Positions 19,761 to 21,070 of a stretch of 21,070 nucleotides of DNA are shown here, in pieces. Source of the stretch: Octopus sinensis (Eukaryota); contig NW_021823862.1 of assembly GCF_006345805.1 (NCBI RefSeq), positions 1 to 21,070 of the forward strand, written 5' to 3'. A program made the position numbers and the translations under genes. The notes under the pieces were generated by a model, which was not told where the DNA came from, did no database searches, and was given only the letters and a program-made list of their open reading frames with translations. Position 1 is the stretch's first letter. Every line of letters starts with the position of its first letter.

Positions 19761-20213
19761 TCATATATATATATCTATATATATATAATATATTTGTGTG
19801 TGTGTGTGTGTGTGGTGTGTGTGTGTGTGTGTGTATGTGTGTGTATATTCAATATATTTATTCAGATATAATAGATAAATTCCCCCACTTGTTATTGTAT
19901 ATAATCTATTATAACTCACTCTGTTAGTGTAAAACTGGGATGTGAATTATACCAAAATCAAAGCTAAGGTTATGAATGGATGAATATTTCTACCAAGATT
20001 TCACACTAAATTACGGATGCGTGTTATACAGGAGTGCAGCTTATAGGCAGACAAATACGCTACTATGTTTCATAGTAATTGACCTGAGTGAACTCTCCTT
20101 TGAAATCGTGTAAAACGATATCACTCAATTTAACGAGAGAGGGCCAACAATCATTTACATGTAATTGTGGATTTTACCCTCATAATCACTCACAGACACA
20201 CATATGTGAGCGT

Positions 20214-20256
<43 letters not shown>

Positions 20257-20419
20257 TATGAATGTATCTACACACACCTAACAGGCTAGCAATATCGTCT
20301 TGATGCAATCTGACTAACGACGCCTATCTATTGGAGCCACCATTGAAAATAACTCAGTGTCGTAAAAGGAAAACCTATGACCATATCATATTATAAGGTT
20401 ATCTGTAGGAAACCAGCTA

Positions 20420-20564
20420 TATACGCGCCATTTCGATAAAAAAAATAATATTACATAAGTACATATATATGTATATATATATATATACATATATATAATA
20501 TATATAGATCTATATTATATATATATAATTATACATATTATATATATGTGTGTTGTGTGTATGT

Positions 20565-20609
<45 letters not shown>

Positions 20610-20668
20610 GATATGCATATTTATATATATATATATGTTTGTATATATATATGTATATATGTATATAT

Positions 20669-20709
<41 letters not shown>

Positions 20710-20765
20710 TATATATAATATATTTACATACATGCATGCATACTCATAGCTGCATATATGTAAAT
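20420..20765. repeat. Degenerate (TA)n/(TATG)n microsatellite field
   Basis: Direct reading. Confidence 0.93.
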
Positions 20766-21070
20766 GTATGTAGTATGTAAGTGTGTATAGAAGGATTGAT
20801 GGATGGATGTGTGGAGGGGTATTGTATAGCTCAAAAGATAAACCCGAAGCAATGCAATGGCGTACAACACCACAGTGAATATTCAGAGAGCATACACCTA
20901 CCTACAGTAAAGATATTTACTCAATCAAATAGATTACATCTTTCGAGAAAGAAGAAGAAGGAAAAAAAGATTTTCCTTCTACTGGTTTTCTTACTCAATA
21001 ATTTGCTTTGAGACTGTAAGCATTTCTACGAAAACGCAGACGTGAATATGTCTCGTTATGTGCGCGAACG

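Noticed and set aside
1-21070. CRISPR array, rRNA, telomeric repeat or prokaryotic operon/defence system
   Set aside because: There is no repeat-spacer periodicity, no rRNA-like sequence, no (TTAGGG)n array and no gene-dense coding; the sequence is eukaryotic repeat-rich DNA.

Overview
AT-rich, non-genic-looking eukaryotic DNA dominated by microsatellites and transposon debris. The SINE families and microsatellite load match what I recall of octopod (Octopus-like) cephalopod genomes; this is an inference, not a database result. I can support no intact host protein-coding gene: almost every ORF in the track is translated microsatellite, SINE or a transposon remnant. Recognisable elements are: a 541-bp internally deleted mariner with TIRs and TA TSD; a second, very decayed mariner transposase fragment; a piggyBac-type TTAA MITE; a Tigger/pogo-like MITE; a 200-bp AT-rich TIR element; 3' fragments of two LINE clades (RTE, and an R4/Dong-like restriction-like-endonuclease element sitting inside a (TAA)n tract); and about nine tRNA-derived SINE copies of at least three types, one with a perfect 15-bp TSD. 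Unexplained non-microsatellite sequence includes a diverged ~410-450 bp tandem duplication (187-1020), an ETS/YY1 motif cluster resembling a promoter (~13680-13900) and a long unassigned ORF (15596-16050). I found no convincing evidence of a new multi-gene biological system; the findings concern transposon biology and possible regulatory DNA.
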